Source: Wickerhamiella versatilis
Taxonomy: Eukaryota
Reading direction: 5' to 3'
NCBI GenBank assembly: GCA_030867685.1
Contig: JAQOWU010000007.1
Coordinates: forward strand, 2,604,001-2,639,608
Length of the DNA stretch: 35,608 nucleotides
The first letter of the stretch is position 1; every line of letters starts with the position of its first letter. The notes beneath the pieces were generated by a model, which worked only from the letters and a program-made list of their open reading frames with translations, had not been told where the DNA came from and did not search any database. The translations under genes were made by a program, and so were the position numbers. Shown piece by piece: positions 1 through 12,014 of the stretch.

Positions 1-80
1 CACAGCAACTCTTATGGTAACGGAATATCTTAATTCGTTCAACATACAGCCTGCAGCTTACTTAAATACCAAAAAGAGTT

Positions 81-88
81 TATAAAAA
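81..88 (+). promoter_or_regulatory. Possible TATA box of the ENB1-like gene
   Basis: TATAAAAA about 30 nt upstream of the ATG at 120. Confidence 0.3.
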
Positions 89-119
89 GCGGGAATTCTC
101 AGCTAGGTAATATCGGAAT

Positions 120-2111
120 ATGAGTTCTTTGCCGACCGACCGAGTTCCAGCGGAAGCTGCGTTGGATAAAGTGCCCTCGGATTCATCTAGGTATGCTTCG
201 CTTGATGAGAAGCTGTCTAAGAGTGATCCAGAGGAGATCCGGAGTTCGGACTCTGATGATGCGTATGTGGACAAATACGACAAGGGTGGTCACCGTGGTG
301 TGATGCGTATTTCTGCTATAAATAGGATTTTGAATACTTACGGTACTATTAAGCTATTTGGCCGCGATATCCACACCTTGAGAATAACACTTCTGTTCTT
401 CTTGTTTCTGCAAGGATATGTTACTGGTTTAGATGGTAACATGTCCATGGCGATGCAGCAACCACTCATCTCTATTTTTGGGCACAATGGTGATACATCC
501 GCGGTTACCACTGTGAAGTCCGTGATTGCCTCTGCAGTGTTTATTCCTTATGCCCGCTTGTCAGATAGGGTCGGGCGTATGGAAATTTGGTTGGCAGCAT
601 TGGCTCCGTTTCTTGCTGGACGGATAGCTACAGCGGCAACTCCCACATTTGCAGGCCTCTTCGCTGGTGTAGTTGTTGAGGAGTTCGGCTACGCTGCGTT
701 TCGTTTTTTGTCGGGAATTCTCCCATCTGATATATCCTCTCTTAAGGACCATACGTTCACGATTAACATCTACGAGCTACCGGAAATTATCAACTTCTGG
801 GCGGGATCGTACATTTCACAGTCCTTGATAGGTGCTGAAGCTAAGGAGTACCAACAACATGAAACCCAAATTCGATGGGGATTCGGTATGTTTACTATTC
901 TTGTACCATTCACCACAGTTTTGCTAGCCAGTGTTTATCTCTATGCACAGTTCGTGTCGTACCGCCGTAAAGAACTACCCAGCCTGCGTAATCCCGACTC
1001 TGGAAAATCTTTTGCTCGGAGCCTATATGATCTTTTGAAAGAGCTAGATATCGTGGGTGTCATCCTGTATACCACGGGAATGGTTCTTCTATTCCTTGCG
1101 TTGAGTTTGGGTGGTGGTAAAGAAAACGAGTGGCATAGTGTACACATCATTGTAATGATTGTTATCGGTGGTGCATTGATACCTATCTGGGTTGTATGGG
1201 AAATGTTCTTTGCCACATCGCCGATTCTTCCAAAGCGCTACTTTGGAACCACATTCGCGTCTGCCATACTTATTATGTTCTTCGTCCGTGCCTCTATGTC
1301 AACCCTCTTAGGTCAAGGTCGTACGAATCTTCTTATCGCATATGGTCAATCCACCCAGCATACTCAATGGTTAAGTTCAATGGTTCTTTTCGTAGGTGCT
1401 ATTGTGAATCTCGTTATGGGCATTATTTTGCACTATTGGCCCCATCCTAAGTTCTTTATAATGACTGGTGGATATATTTTCTTGCTCGGCGTAGGTCTTT
1501 TTGTTAAGTACAGGGTGGACTACTTCGATAGCGGTATCCATGGATATGTCGGAGCTCTCGTTATTATGGGTCTCGGTGCTGCTTTCATCAGGTATCCCCT
1601 ATGGACTTTAGTACAAGCTTCTGTCCCTCACAAAGACATGGCTTCTGCTATTGGTCTTTTGATGTCTGCTTATCAGATTGGTGCCTCTGTCGGATCTTGT
1701 CTTGCTTCGGCTATTTGGCAAAACACAATCTTAAAGGATCTTTTGAAGTATGTTGGGCCTATCGAGGAAGTAACTTACGTGGACCCTAAAAAGAAGGAAC
1801 TCGTTAGTGTTCCTGGAAAGAAGTTTGCTATGCGATTCTTTCAAAATCCAAACAAACTCATGTCCGCGTTTAAACAAAAGAATGGTAAAGAAGTACATGA
1901 AGCTGTTCTAAAAGCTTATGAACACGGTAATTGGGTTACTGCGGTTGTTTCTGTTGCACTTGCTGGGGTTGTTGCTGTTTTGGTGTTTCTCCCATTCCCT
2001 TATGACATCGTAACCGAGAATGAAACTATCTCCGAAGAGAAACGTAAAGAGGAAGAATGTAAGTTTTCCGACGGCCGGAAGTCATATATCCTCAGATTTT
2101 TTGGAATTTAA
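120..2111 (+). CDS. ENB1: MFS siderophore-iron transporter, ARN/SIT family, Enb1 (enterobactin transporter)-like
   Basis: 663-aa multi-TM ORF. Segments FLQGYVTGL, PYARLSDRVGRME, AATPTFAGLFAG, LHYWPHPK and IRYPLWTLVQAS closely match my recollection of S. cerevisiae Enb1/Arn4. Confidence 0.85.
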   Translation: MSSLPTDRVPAEAALDKVPSDSSRYASLDEKLSKSDPEEIRSSDSDDAYVDKYDKGGHRGVMRISAINRILNTYGTIKLFGRDIHTLRITLLFFLFLQGYVTGLDGNMSMAMQQPLISIFGHNGDTSAVTTVKSVIASAVFIPYARLSDRVGRMEIWLAALAPFLAGRIATAATPTFAGLFAGVVVEEFGYAAFRFLSGILPSDISSLKDHTFTINIYELPEIINFWAGSYISQSLIGAEAKEYQQHETQIRWGFGMFTILVPFTTVLLASVYLYAQFVSYRRKELPSLRNPDSGKSFARSLYDLLKELDIVGVILYTTGMVLLFLALSLGGGKENEWHSVHIIVMIVIGGALIPIWVVWEMFFATSPILPKRYFGTTFASAILIMFFVRASMSTLLGQGRTNLLIAYGQSTQHTQWLSSMVLFVGAIVNLVMGIILHYWPHPKFFIMTGGYIFLLGVGLFVKYRVDYFDSGIHGYVGALVIMGLGAAFIRYPLWTLVQASVPHKDMASAIGLLMSAYQIGASVGSCLASAIWQNTILKDLLKYVGPIEEVTYVDPKKKELVSVPGKKFAMRFFQNPNKLMSAFKQKNGKEVHEAVLKAYEHGNWVTAVVSVALAGVVAVLVFLPFPYDIVTENETISEEKRKEEECKFSDGRKSYILRFFGI

Positions 2112-2510
2112 TTTCATTTCATACTTTTTAGAGCCAGAATTAGTGCCAGTTACATCAGGTGTTGCGATTTTAATCATCTAGATGAAAATGATGAGCTATA
2201 TGCCGATTCACTTCTCTATCCTTTCTGGAATGCCAGTTTCAGATTTGTTTAACTTTCTTGCCGTACAAGACAATTAGATATATTACCAGCTTAACCAAGC
2301 ACCACCTTATAGGTGCATGGAATCTCTCCAAAAAAACATGTATGTGATGGGAACATTTTATTGTTATTCCTCACTACTTTCTTATGAGTGGAGGGACGTG
2401 TTGAAGCGGTATCATTCACTTTTACATGTTTTTATTGCGTTATGCTTTATCACGACTACTATCTCGCTTCTCAACATTAGACTTCCTCGAAACCTGGGTT
2501 TAAGTATGCT

Positions 2511-2539
2511 TGGTTGGACAATGCAAGATAGCCCACTAC
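2511..2539 (+). repeat. 41-nt-unit dispersed motif, partial copy
   Basis: TGGTTGGACAATGCAAGATAGCCCACTAC. Confidence 0.9.
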
Positions 2540-3430
2540 AGTTGTCACTTGCATCCTCATGTTTTTCTACGGGCCGCATTCATCGCAAATGATGCCATTT
2601 CGTTCTGAAAGTGATGACACGAAGATTTTCTTAAAGATCTTGTTGACATTAATTCTCAATGTATGAAGTGCCGATAATGAGCTAAGCAACCAAAAATCCT
2701 GGATTGAGGATAAAAGATATGGGGCATTGCCCAATCAGTTTCTGGTAGCTTATCTGAGGGATGTTAGAAATCAAGTTGGTAACCCGTGATTATTCAGTGG
2801 GATTGCCGTACCCATCTTGACATGCTGTCTTTGAGTGCCATTTCGAGCCTGACTCGTCGGTCAATACCGGAGGAGTTTGCTGTACAGAAACATGCAGAAT
2901 TAGTAGCTTGAAAGGATTAAATTAATCTGAAAGTGAAGAAATGAATTATGCAAGACTTAATTCGCAAGATTCAATAAAATTCATGACAAGAGCACAGCCC
3001 TATTAGGTCTCAAATGAATTCTACGCGAGAAGTACGAAATAGATTAATGTAAAACTAGGTTATGCGAGCTAAACAGCGGTAATCCTTTGTGGTTACTCTA
3101 TTGTCAAATGTGCACATCAAACCTTGGAACAACTGCCAAAGACTCCTTGTAAAGGCCTCGGAGGGTGTAACGAGCTGACTCGAGCTTTAGTAGGAGGAGG
3201 CAATTCCACTAACATACTCGGGTAAAGAGTCTAAACTAGGTTTGTGGGTCGTTTACGCTCTTCAGCTTCATACGCTCATGAACATTAGGGCCTGTAAGTT
3301 ACAGCATAATAGGTAGTATACCCCACAGTAAGCCCGAATATTAGACCAAATATATATATTATATATTATAAGTCCAAGTAAGAGATGTAATTAACTACAT
3401 AATTCAGATGGGTATCAAGGTTTAAACTAC

Positions 3431-6400
3431 TTACAGCAGTACTAGCATTGCAGCGATACCGATCACAAGAGTACCAAACGGCTTGGACTTTTCTGCAGCA
3501 TTAGCAAGGGCTGGAGCAGAAGAAATAACAGCAGGTGCGGCAATAGGAGCCAATCCACTAGGTGACTCAGATGCTACGGAGGAAGCACTTGAAGCAGCAA
3601 CAGGAGCAGACTCACTTGGTGATTCAGATACCGCTGGGGAAGCACTTGAAGCAGCAACAGGAGCAGACTCACTTGGTGATTCAGATACCGCTGGGGAAGC
3701 ACTTGAAGCAGCGACAGGAGCAGACTCACTTGGTGACTCAAATGCCGCTGGGGAAGCACTTGAAGCAGCGACAGGAGCAGACTCACTTGGTGATTCAGAT
3801 GCCGCTGGGGAAGCACTTGAAGCAGCGACAGGAGCAGACTCACTAGCTGGTCCAGATGTACTTGGCCCAATGACCAAAGTTGTAGGCTCGGTCACAGTAT
3901 AGGTAGAAGAGCCATGGGTGAAAGTCGTTGGTGAAGGACAGTAAGTTGTGAAGTGAGTGACTTCTGCCGTCGCTGTGGTAATACCAGTGGCCACAGGACT
4001 TTCCTCACTCTGGGTATTGGTGCAATCGCATTCCTCTATAGATATTGTCGTCGCTTCAGTCACAGTGTAAGTGGAAGAACCATGAGTGAAAGTTGTTGGT
4101 GATGGACAGTACGTGGTGAAGTAGGTTGTGCCCGCTGTCGTGGTGGCATCAAAGCCTGCACCGCTTGACTCAGTAGCAGCACCTGCAGCTGCAGTACCCG
4201 ACTCGGTACCAGTAGCACCTGAGCCAGCAGCACCGGTACCAGTAGCAACGGATTCAGAACCAGATCCACCGGCACCAGTTCCAGTGGCACCTGAGCCAGC
4301 AGCACCGGTACCAGTAGCACCAGATTCGGAACCAGAGCTACCGGCGCCAGTTCCAGTAGCACCTGAGCCAGCAGCACCGGTATCAGTAGCACCAGATTCA
4401 GAACTAGAGCCACCGGCACCAGTTCTAGTAGCACCGGCAGAACCAGAGCCACCGGCGCCAGTTCCAGTAGCACCTGAGCCAGCAGCACCGGTACCAGTAG
4501 CGCCAGATTCAGAACTAGAGCCACTGGCACCAGTTCCAGTAGCACCGGCAGAACCAGAGCCACCGGCGCCAGTTCCAGTAGCACCGGTAGAAACAACATC
4601 AGACGAGCTCGTAGTCTGTGAAGTCTGCGGACTCACTGTGTGATTCCGACTAGTAGCCGGCTGCGATGTAGTGATGCTTGATACTTCCGGGGTAGCAGAG
4701 CCAGACTTTGTACTGGATCCAGACAATGATCCATGTCTGTTAGAGGACCCAGCAGGCAAAGTTACACTCGACAATGTTGGTTTCAAGCTCGATTTTTCAC
4801 CACTTGAACGCGTAGTGACTGTCTCAGGCAGAGTTACACTCGACAATGTTGGTTTGAAGCCCGACTTTCCACCACTCGAACGTGCAGTAATATAGGACGA
4901 CTGAGTTGTTCTAGTTGTCGGTACAGGTGATCCACTAGACCCATTGATGCCGCCACCTGACGTTACTTGAGCAGATGATGAAGTGGCTGTCGAAACAACG
5001 CTGGTCTGGGAAATTGACGTGGAACAGTGCGCAGGTGAAACAGTAATATCAAATCCAGAAACATGGTTCAACTTAGCAAGTGGCAATATCACATTAATGG
5101 CATCAATGATCTTGTTCACGTCATTCAGGTAGTCCGAGGATGCGTTGACCTGCGCCCACAATACACAACATGGGTGACGTGACAGTCCACCACCGACCTG
5201 AACAATGATGCTCGAGATTCCTTTGTTAATAAGATTCAGACCCGGAACAATAGAGTTAATCAAACCAACAAGTCCAGAACTGTTAAGAGCCTGTAGAATC
5301 TGGTGATCTATCTCCAATAGTTGAGAAATAGCATTCAAGACCTTGGCCTGGCTGTTATAGCTGATACAGTCAATATTACCAGATATGCCGGCAAGATCAT
5401 TGAAGACGGACTGGAGTGAATTAATATGTTCGGGAAGATCGAATATGTTAATGCCTGACTCGAAAGCGTTAATTACGGCATCCACTGCCTTTTCCAGGCT
5501 ATCAATGATGTCGCCAACGATTCCTTCGTTATCGCACTTGCAGCTCGAAGTGGCACTGGGGATAGCCACACTTGAAGTAGCAGGGCTTGTGATTACAATA
5601 GTAGAAGATGGCAAGCTTGAAATGGTGCTTGGAATATTGCTGATGCTAATCGATGAACCAGCCGTGGTGGGGGTTCCGCTAGCACTCACACCTGTTGTAC
5701 TACTCGCCGCTGCGAGCGAAAGAGTTGACGAAGAACAGTGCGCAGGTGAAACAGTAATATCAAATCCAGAAACATGGTTCAACTTAGCAAGTGGCAGTAT
5801 CACATTAATAGCGTCAATGATATTGTTCACGTCATTCAAGTAGTCCGAGGATGCGTTGACCTGCGCCCACAGAACACAACATGGGTGACGTGACAGTCCA
5901 CCACCGACCTGAATAATGATGCTCGAGATTCCTTTGTTAATAAGATTCAGACCCGGAACAATAGAGTTAATCACCTGAACAATTCCAAAACTGTTAAGTC
6001 CCTCGAGCAACTGATGATCTATCTCCAATAGTTGAGAAATAGCATTCAAGACCTTGGCCTGGCTGTTATAGCTGATGCAGTCAATATTACCAGATATGCC
6101 GGCAAGATCATTGAAGACGGACTGGAGTGAATTAATATGTTCGGGAAGATCGAATATGTTAATGCCTGACTTGAAGGCGTTAATTACGGCATCCACTGCC
6201 TTTTCCAGGCTATCAATGATGTCGCCAACGATTCCTTCGTTATCGCACTTGCAGCTCGAAGTGGCACTGGGGATAGCCACATTCGAAGTAGCTGGACTTG
6301 TGATTACAATAGTAGAAGAAGCCAAACTTGATACGGTGGTAGGGATAGTGGTGGCTGCAGATGATGAACACTCCCCAGATGAAACAGTAACATCAAATCC

Positions 6401-7033
6401 AGAAACGTGTTTCAACTTAGCAAGTGGCAATATCACATTAATAGCATCAATGATCTTGTTCACATCATTCAGGTAGTCCGAGGAAGCGTTCACCTCTCCC
6501 CACAATACACAACATGGGTGACGTGACAGTCCACCACCGACCTGAACAATGATGCTCGAGATTCCTTTGTTAATAAGATTCAGGCCCGGAACAATAGGCG
6601 TAATCAAACCAACAAGTCCAGAACTGTTAAGAGCCTGTAGAATCTGGTGATCTATCTCCAATAGTTGAGAAATAGCATTCAAGACCTTGGCCTGGCTGTT
6701 ATAGCTGATACAGTCAATATTACCAGATATGCCGGCAAGGTCATTGAAGACGGACTGGAGTGAATTAATATGTTCGGGAAGATCGAATATGTTAATGCCT
6801 GACTCGAAAGCGTTAGTTGCGGCATCCACCGCCTTCTCCAAGCTATCAATGATGTTACCAAGGATTCCTTCGTTATCGCACTGGCAGCTCGAAGTAGTTG
6901 CTGGCAATTTCACATCATGAGTTGCCGGACTAGTGAATGGAACAGTCGTCGATGCCAACGAGTATGAGCTCGTTGATGCATCTTGACATGCTACTAACTG
7001 AAGTACACTTTGTAGTATCACAAAGGCCCTCAT
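3431..7033 (-). CDS. Large GPI-anchored cell-wall/adhesin-like protein with three tandem Cys-containing helical domains
   Basis: ATG at 7033 (the ORF track starts at an upstream GTG). Signal peptide [16 protein letters not shown], three ~170-aa repeats, Gly/Ala/Thr/Ser repeats, two Sed1/Ccw12-type [14 protein letters not shown] motifs, and C-terminal NAA...hydrophobic tail typical of a GPI signal. Confidence 0.88.
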   Translation of the reverse strand: MRAFVILQSVLQLVACQDASTSSYSLASTTVPFTSPATHDVKLPATTSSCQCDNEGILGNIIDSLEKAVDAATNAFESGINIFDLPEHINSLQSVFNDLAGISGNIDCISYNSQAKVLNAISQLLEIDHQILQALNSSGLVGLITPIVPGLNLINKGISSIIVQVGGGLSRHPCCVLWGEVNASSDYLNDVNKIIDAINVILPLAKLKHVSGFDVTVSSGECSSSAATTIPTTVSSLASSTIVITSPATSNVAIPSATSSCKCDNEGIVGDIIDSLEKAVDAVINAFKSGINIFDLPEHINSLQSVFNDLAGISGNIDCISYNSQAKVLNAISQLLEIDHQLLEGLNSFGIVQVINSIVPGLNLINKGISSIIIQVGGGLSRHPCCVLWAQVNASSDYLNDVNNIIDAINVILPLAKLNHVSGFDITVSPAHCSSSTLSLAAASSTTGVSASGTPTTAGSSISISNIPSTISSLPSSTIVITSPATSSVAIPSATSSCKCDNEGIVGDIIDSLEKAVDAVINAFESGINIFDLPEHINSLQSVFNDLAGISGNIDCISYNSQAKVLNAISQLLEIDHQILQALNSSGLVGLINSIVPGLNLINKGISSIIVQVGGGLSRHPCCVLWAQVNASSDYLNDVNKIIDAINVILPLAKLNHVSGFDITVSPAHCSTSISQTSVVSTATSSSAQVTSGGGINGSSGSPVPTTRTTQSSYITARSSGGKSGFKPTLSSVTLPETVTTRSSGEKSSLKPTLSSVTLPAGSSNRHGSLSGSSTKSGSATPEVSSITTSQPATSRNHTVSPQTSQTTSSSDVVSTGATGTGAGGSGSAGATGTGASGSSSESGATGTGAAGSGATGTGAGGSGSAGATRTGAGGSSSESGATDTGAAGSGATGTGAGSSGSESGATGTGAAGSGATGTGAGGSGSESVATGTGAAGSGATGTESGTAAAGAATESSGAGFDATTTAGTTYFTTYCPSPTTFTHGSSTYTVTEATTISIEECDCTNTQSEESPVATGITTATAEVTHFTTYCPSPTTFTHGSSTYTVTEPTTLVIGPSTSGPASESAPVAASSASPAASESPSESAPVAASSASPAAFESPSESAPVAASSASPAVSESPSESAPVAASSASPAVSESPSESAPVAASSASSVASESPSGLAPIAAPAVISSAPALANAAEKSKPFGTLVIGIAAMLVLL
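3561..3845 (-). repeat. Coding minisatellite, 5 x 57 bp ([19 protein letters not shown])
   Basis: Units start at 3561, 3618, 3675, 3732 and 3789. Confidence 0.92.
4196..4590 (-). repeat. Coding tandem repeats encoding GATGTGA(A/G)GSG(S) units
   Basis: Repeated ccagtagcacc/gagcc blocks of variable length, roughly 30-39 bp. Confidence 0.85.
5025..6895 (-). repeat. Three near-identical ~520-550 bp domain-coding repeats (approx. 5025-5580, 5735-6290, 6380-6895)
   Basis: Long stretches are identical at the nucleotide level between copies. Confidence 0.92.
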
Positions 7034-9347
7034 GTGCACTATACGAATAGTCGCCGCGTAGCTGGGAAAGCGTCCTAATTATACGTAGCCTCGGTATGCG
7101 CGGATTCGATCGGCTCCATCATAACTATGCGCTCCGTAAATTTGTAATCCAAATATGCTATGCATATGCGGTATGAACTTTTTTTGGCAGTAGTAAATAG
7201 TGTGTGCAAGCCCAATCATGGCCTCAATTTAGTTATTTTTCCTGTGTTTACATTGTTTAGAGCTTTAACATGTAGTTTCTAGCACGTTGGCCAGTGCTCT
7301 ACCGGCATGCAAATACCATTAATAAGTGTTGAAGGGAGCACCCCATCAGGGTAATTTGGTCCTGTTTAGACGGGAACGCTATTTATCGTGTCGAAAATCA
7401 AAAGATTGATGGATATTCCACATTATTTTTCTGCTACCACCAAGAAGATCATAGAAAGGATGTCTTAAGGCGAGTCCTGAGGCAACAGACGGATGGGCAC
7501 AGCTCCGACGCCGGCCCCAACCCATGCAGACTCAAACACTTTTTTCAGGGAGCTAGTTATGAAGTGACCTATTTTCATCTAGCTATACTAGAAATAATAG
7601 GGTGTGACCGGGGTGGCGGGAGATGGGATACCGCTTTTGGTATGATTCTCGTCCATTTTCGGTGATAACGGAGACCCAATCGACAGTTTAGTGAGAATTG
7701 ACTAAGCCACCTGTCAGCGACGCAAATCGTGCCGCTCCATACATCACGGTATTAGGGTTGTGAGCTCGGTGAGGATGCGCCGCACAGCCGACTTAATAAT
7801 TCACTGGTGCTTTCGAAATCAGACTTTCGAATTTATTTTATATGGTTCTGGTATGGTGGTGTCTAAGTAGACTGCTCTTCTCCGGCTAGTAACTATTTTT
7901 TTGCGGGCGCGCTACCGTTTCATGTAAGTGTTGCCCGCGATTGAAAGGGATCGGGTAAGTCGTGATGTAGGATCCGGCTTAAAAATCCTTAATGCAGCTT
8001 ACACCCCTTTATTGCTAGTAAAGACCCAAACTCCAAAGTAGAAGTAAATGACATACGTCCTAAATGGCCAGTTGTGGACTAGACCTTTGTTTCTAAATCA
8101 CAAGTGTGCTTCCTCTCAAGTACGCTGCTTCTCCATACTAAGCGCAATAGGTTGTTGTAACGAAAATCGGAAGGAGCTGCGTAACTCCGATAGAACCCTT
8201 CTAGTGTTAGCAAAATGTTAGGCTTTGGAATAGAACAGGCGCAATACGTTCTAAGTGTGCCAGAAAATTTTTTTCTGGCGTGACCGGACCCCCTATTTGC
8301 CACATAAATGGTGAATTATCCTCCATTTTCTGTATCCACAGCCACAACAACAACAACCGCCGCTACGTTTTCACACACCTTATTTATAAGTAACTCTTCT
8401 ATATTATAGCAGTCAACCCGAAGTTTTTGGAAATTTTTTAAGCCTCACAATATTTCTAGTGGACTATCTGACAGCTTTCAGACTTTCAGGGGAGGTCTAA
8501 GCATATGCGCTTATTAATGGATGGTGCTTCAACGGCATGACTACTCTCGTATAGATGCAATACACAAGACATGAGACATGGCATGCTTAGTGATCCATGC
8601 AGAAAGTTCCAGATTGAGGTTTAGGCGATGCTGGGATTAAAATTAGTGAAACTTGTGTTGGTAGCATTGACAGACCACGTAACGATATCATATATTGTGC
8701 TGCAACTCCAGCACCGGCGTTTCTAGTGTTTCATAGTGGTCTGCGCGAACTTCAGAAGTTGTAAGCACCTCTTCTGGAAGATCTGCGGGCATTTCACAAT
8801 CCTCACGTGTGCGCCTAATGTGTCTATTAGCGATTAAAGATCATAGAATGAAGGGTGTTTGAGGATTCCTAGCTTACTATCGGTGGACAACAAGTTCATG
8901 TAGTTTATGATGCACATTGGCTATGTGGAAAATATGACGACAAATCAGGAGGGCCCACTTATTCCAATACACCCCAAGCCTCGAAAGAGCAGTTGACCTC
9001 GTAGAAACATCTGGTTCCTCGATTGCCACTCGGTATTTATCCCGCACAATCCCCTAGTAAAGAGTTGAACAATGTTCCTTGGGATACAGTATAGTTGTTG
9101 CTTGACTACCTAAGGGCCGCTGGACGATGTCTTGTTAAGCACGCTACGTCACAGATAGACAGAGGGGTGGCTACCCTTCGTTTTCAACTATTTACGGTTT
9201 CTCGCTAGAGTGAGAATTAAGGGGTGGATGCATTGAAGTGATCAAAAACGCATCTCCTATTTTTAGGCATATAATCATGCAGGGCAGAACCCATTCCATA
9301 AATATATGTGTAAGCAGCCGATTGAATTACTAATTGGGCGGGGTTGG

Positions 9348-9384
9348 TAGCCCACTACCTGAGACTGGTTGGACAATGCAAGAT
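9348..9384 (+). repeat. Dispersed motif, 36-nt-period variant (lacks TCACT)
   Basis: TAGCCCACTACCTGAGACTGGTTGGACAATGCAAGAT. Confidence 0.92.
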
Positions 9385-9693
9385 GATCCGATCTTTCTAG
9401 GTAATATACGTCGAGTTATTATAAAACCTAGTATAAAGGGTTAAAAATGCTATTCTAGCATGAAAGGTGCGCTACTTGGTATAATGCCTTGCATTTTTTG
9501 TCACATTTTACTAGATAACATGCGGATTAAGCTGCTCAGCTTCTTACAGAAAAACGAAATAGGCATTTATAATCGCACTTGCCTTTGACAGAAGCATGCT
9601 CCAGAAACATATGAACTTTACAAACATCCCGTTGCTGGTTTTATAACATTTTATTACTTTCTAGTTACCTCGGTGATAAGCCACAGTAACTCC

Positions 9694-10467
9694 TCACTGA
9701 GCAGTCAGGCCACCGTCAATCACAAGCTCACTTCCAGTTACAAACTTTGATTCATCGCTAGAAAGATACAACACACCATATGAAACATCCTCAGGCTCGC
9801 CAAAGTGGCCAAGCGGGTACTGCGATTCCAAGAATTTTTGCATAGCTGCAGCGCCAGCACGCTTTGGGTCATAGGCGTTATGTGTCATTGGCGTCCACAC
9901 AATGCCAGGAAACACAGTATTCACTCGAATCCCTTTTTTGGCTAAGTGTATCGCAGCTGACCTCGAAAATGCCCGGATTGCACCCTTGCTCGCAGAATAG
10001 GCCGCTAAGTGGGGATCACCTATCAGTCCCGCCACTGATGCGACGTTGACTATTGAGGCCGTCTCGGACTTACGCTGCTTCATAAGCTCAATAGAATATT
10101 GGGTTCCAAGAAACACACTGTCTAAATCTGTTCTCAGGCATTTATGCCAATCCTGTAGCTTCAGGTGTTCAGCAGTACCGAGGACCGCAATTCCGGCGTT
10201 GTTCACTGTAACATCTAGTTTACCACATTTGTTGGCTATGGTGTCCATGGAAGTTTTCCAATCATCTTGTTTCGCAGCATCAAGCTTTAAAAAATTTGCA
10301 TCCCCACCCGACTTTGTGATTTCTCTAGCAGTTCGGGGGCCGGCTTCCTCGTCAATATCAGCTACAAATACAGACGCACCTTCCCGCGCGAAAGTACGGG
10401 CAATGGATTCCCCGAGCCCTTTTGCGCTTCCAGTTATAAGCGTAACTTTTCCCGCAAGCCGAGACAT
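9694..10467 (-). CDS. Classical short-chain dehydrogenase/reductase (3beta/17beta-HSD, cyclopentanol dehydrogenase or R-ADH-like); bacterial-type sequence
   Basis: TGSAKGLG cofactor motif, NNAG, catalytic YSASK, C-terminal FVTGSELVIDGGLTAQ. Confidence 0.92.
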   Translation of the reverse strand: MSRLAGKVTLITGSAKGLGESIARTFAREGASVFVADIDEEAGPRTAREITKSGGDANFLKLDAAKQDDWKTSMDTIANKCGKLDVTVNNAGIAVLGTAEHLKLQDWHKCLRTDLDSVFLGTQYSIELMKQRKSETASIVNVASVAGLIGDPHLAAYSASKGAIRAFSRSAAIHLAKKGIRVNTVFPGIVWTPMTHNAYDPKRAGAAAMQKFLESQYPLGHFGEPEDVSYGVLYLSSDESKFVTGSELVIDGGLTAQ

Positions 10468-10540
10468 GATTTTTGCAGCAATACAAATTACTTATTCGGT
10501 GAACTCACTTTGTTGCTAAGGGTCGTCGTATTTATCTCCT

Positions 10541-10569
10541 TACCCGAGACTGGTTGGACAATGCAAGAT
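10541..10569 (+). repeat. Dispersed motif, partial copy
   Basis: TACCCGAGACTGGTTGGACAATGCAAGAT. Confidence 0.9.
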
Positions 10570-10673
10570 CTGAGGAATACATGGAGATATAAGAGTGAAT
10601 ACGGAACTAAAGATGATCTAATTGATCACAATTCCCTTAAATTCGCATCCTGCTGCACATTTATTTGGATTCG

Positions 10674-10698
10674 ACCAGTCTCAGGTAGTGAAGTGGGC
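10674..10698 (-). repeat. Dispersed motif, inverted partial copy
   Basis: accagtctcaggtagtgaagtgggc, the reverse complement of GCCCACTTCACTACCTGAGACTGGT. Confidence 0.9.
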
Positions 10699-11350
10699 AT
10701 GGTCTTTGCAACGTCCAACATCCCCTATTACTAGAAATCACATATCACGGTCAACTGAAAGTGTCACGGCCTTCTGCGCCTCCAATTCCTTCTCCCGGTT
10801 GCATAGTGCCTCTCTGATTGAAGCATAAGCCATGCTAGCCAATGCCAAACGGAATGGTCTAGTATGAGAATTTGGTGCTAGCATACATTATGCCAGTAAA
10901 GATGCTTAAAGTAGTTGTTATTGTTCTGACAAGTGTGATTGACTTCCTGCCATCAATTGCTGTAAAACCGCTGGTCCTGTTGTTCTGAAGGAGCGCATAA
11001 ATGAGCCGATAGAACTTGGCCCCTAGTCGATAATTGACATTGAGATACATTAGCGAAGACGCAGTTACACAGTTGAAATTAAATCAAATCTAGAAGGTAC
11101 ACAGATGCTGGGCAAATTGAGTAGGACAAGATGCAGAAGCATCCTCAGAGGTCTCTATTTGTCTTTATTCCCCTGGTTCTGACGAATGGCCTGTACCCGC
11201 GTACGCCATAGTTACCCAATCTGGACTGGGGCGTAGGGCTGAATGAATGTCTGAGGGCCTACAATATTTCCTATGTTTCTTAATTGATATTTAGCATTTT
11301 ACGGTTAAAATGTGGCTCTTATTCTCGTCGCAGATATAGGATCAGATAAA

Positions 11351-11379
11351 TACTTGAGACTGGTTGGACAATGCAAAAT
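11351..11379 (+). repeat. Dispersed motif, partial copy
   Basis: TACTTGAGACTGGTTGGACAATGCAAAAT. Confidence 0.88.
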
Positions 11380-11453
11380 TGACTATATTGCCAACCATAT
11401 GGTGTTTCTTAGCTTGAACCTTATTTCCAAATAGGTATTTACCGTCAGACAAT

Positions 11454-11478
11454 CTGGTTGAATAATGCAAGATAGCCC
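11454..11478 (+). repeat. Dispersed motif, degenerate partial copy
   Basis: CTGGTTGAATAATGCAAGATAGCCC. Confidence 0.85.
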
Positions 11479-11513
11479 GCTCATTTGTCATCACCGACTT
11501 CGCACGCTCTACT

Positions 11514-12014
11514 ATGAACAGGAAGTTTATCATTCGCATCATCCTCAGTGTACTGGTTATTATCACTGATAGCATTGCTCTTGGGATCATGGCTCATCTG
11601 CGTAGCCAATCCTGGGGTAGCTCTTTAATAGGAAGTGTCGTTTTGGCTGCAAATTTCTTGGTACTGGCTTTCACTCTATGGAAGATTCTTACCGATATAT
11701 TCCTACCACCTAACAAAATCCACATGCTCATATTCACCTGGTTATACGGTTTTGTCGATGGTATGATGCTGGCGGCTGCAGCCATCGTCCTAGGTCACCT
11801 GGACTCAGGACGCCTTTCTGAAAGAGCACTAGATGCTTTTTTATGGATAACAGGCGTTTTAATACTCTTTTTGTTGATTTATGAAGTTTCAATTATTACA
11901 AATAATAGTAAAAAAGATTACGAAAATCCTTTTGATGACAGTGACGAAACTTATCGTGAACCCAATCGTGCTGCAGGGGAAGAACTTTTGCATGAGCTTA
12001 GATCTCCAATCTAG
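11514..12014 (+). CDS. Four-TM membrane protein, MARVEL-like
   Basis: Four hydrophobic segments and an acidic tail. R...D.IALG and DG....AAA patterns are shared with the 21101-21688 protein. Confidence 0.65.
   Translation: MNRKFIIRIILSVLVIITDSIALGIMAHLRSQSWGSSLIGSVVLAANFLVLAFTLWKILTDIFLPPNKIHMLIFTWLYGFVDGMMLAAAAIVLGHLDSGRLSERALDAFLWITGVLILFLLIYEVSIITNNSKKDYENPFDDSDETYREPNRAAGEELLHELRSPI

Noticed and set aside
3483-6920. Antisense and alternative-frame ORFs over the GPI protein (e.g. the poly-Q-like 3562-3846 and the PAPVPVAP-rich 4128-4643)
   Set aside because: Shadows of the repetitive coding sequence on the minus strand.
7040-9340. tRNA, rRNA, LTR or other element in the long intergenic region
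   Set aside because: No cloverleaf with A/B boxes, TG...CA repeat pair or motif copy found by eye; probably the long promoter of the adhesin-like gene.
10674-10698. caggtagtgaagtgggc resembles the internal control region of yeast 5S rRNA
   Set aside because: Only a short partial match; the rest of a ~120-nt 5S sequence is absent from every copy.
10700-11170. Possible decayed gene between motif copies (ORF 10859-11050)
   Set aside because: No recognisable family and multiple stops; cannot be supported without a translated search.
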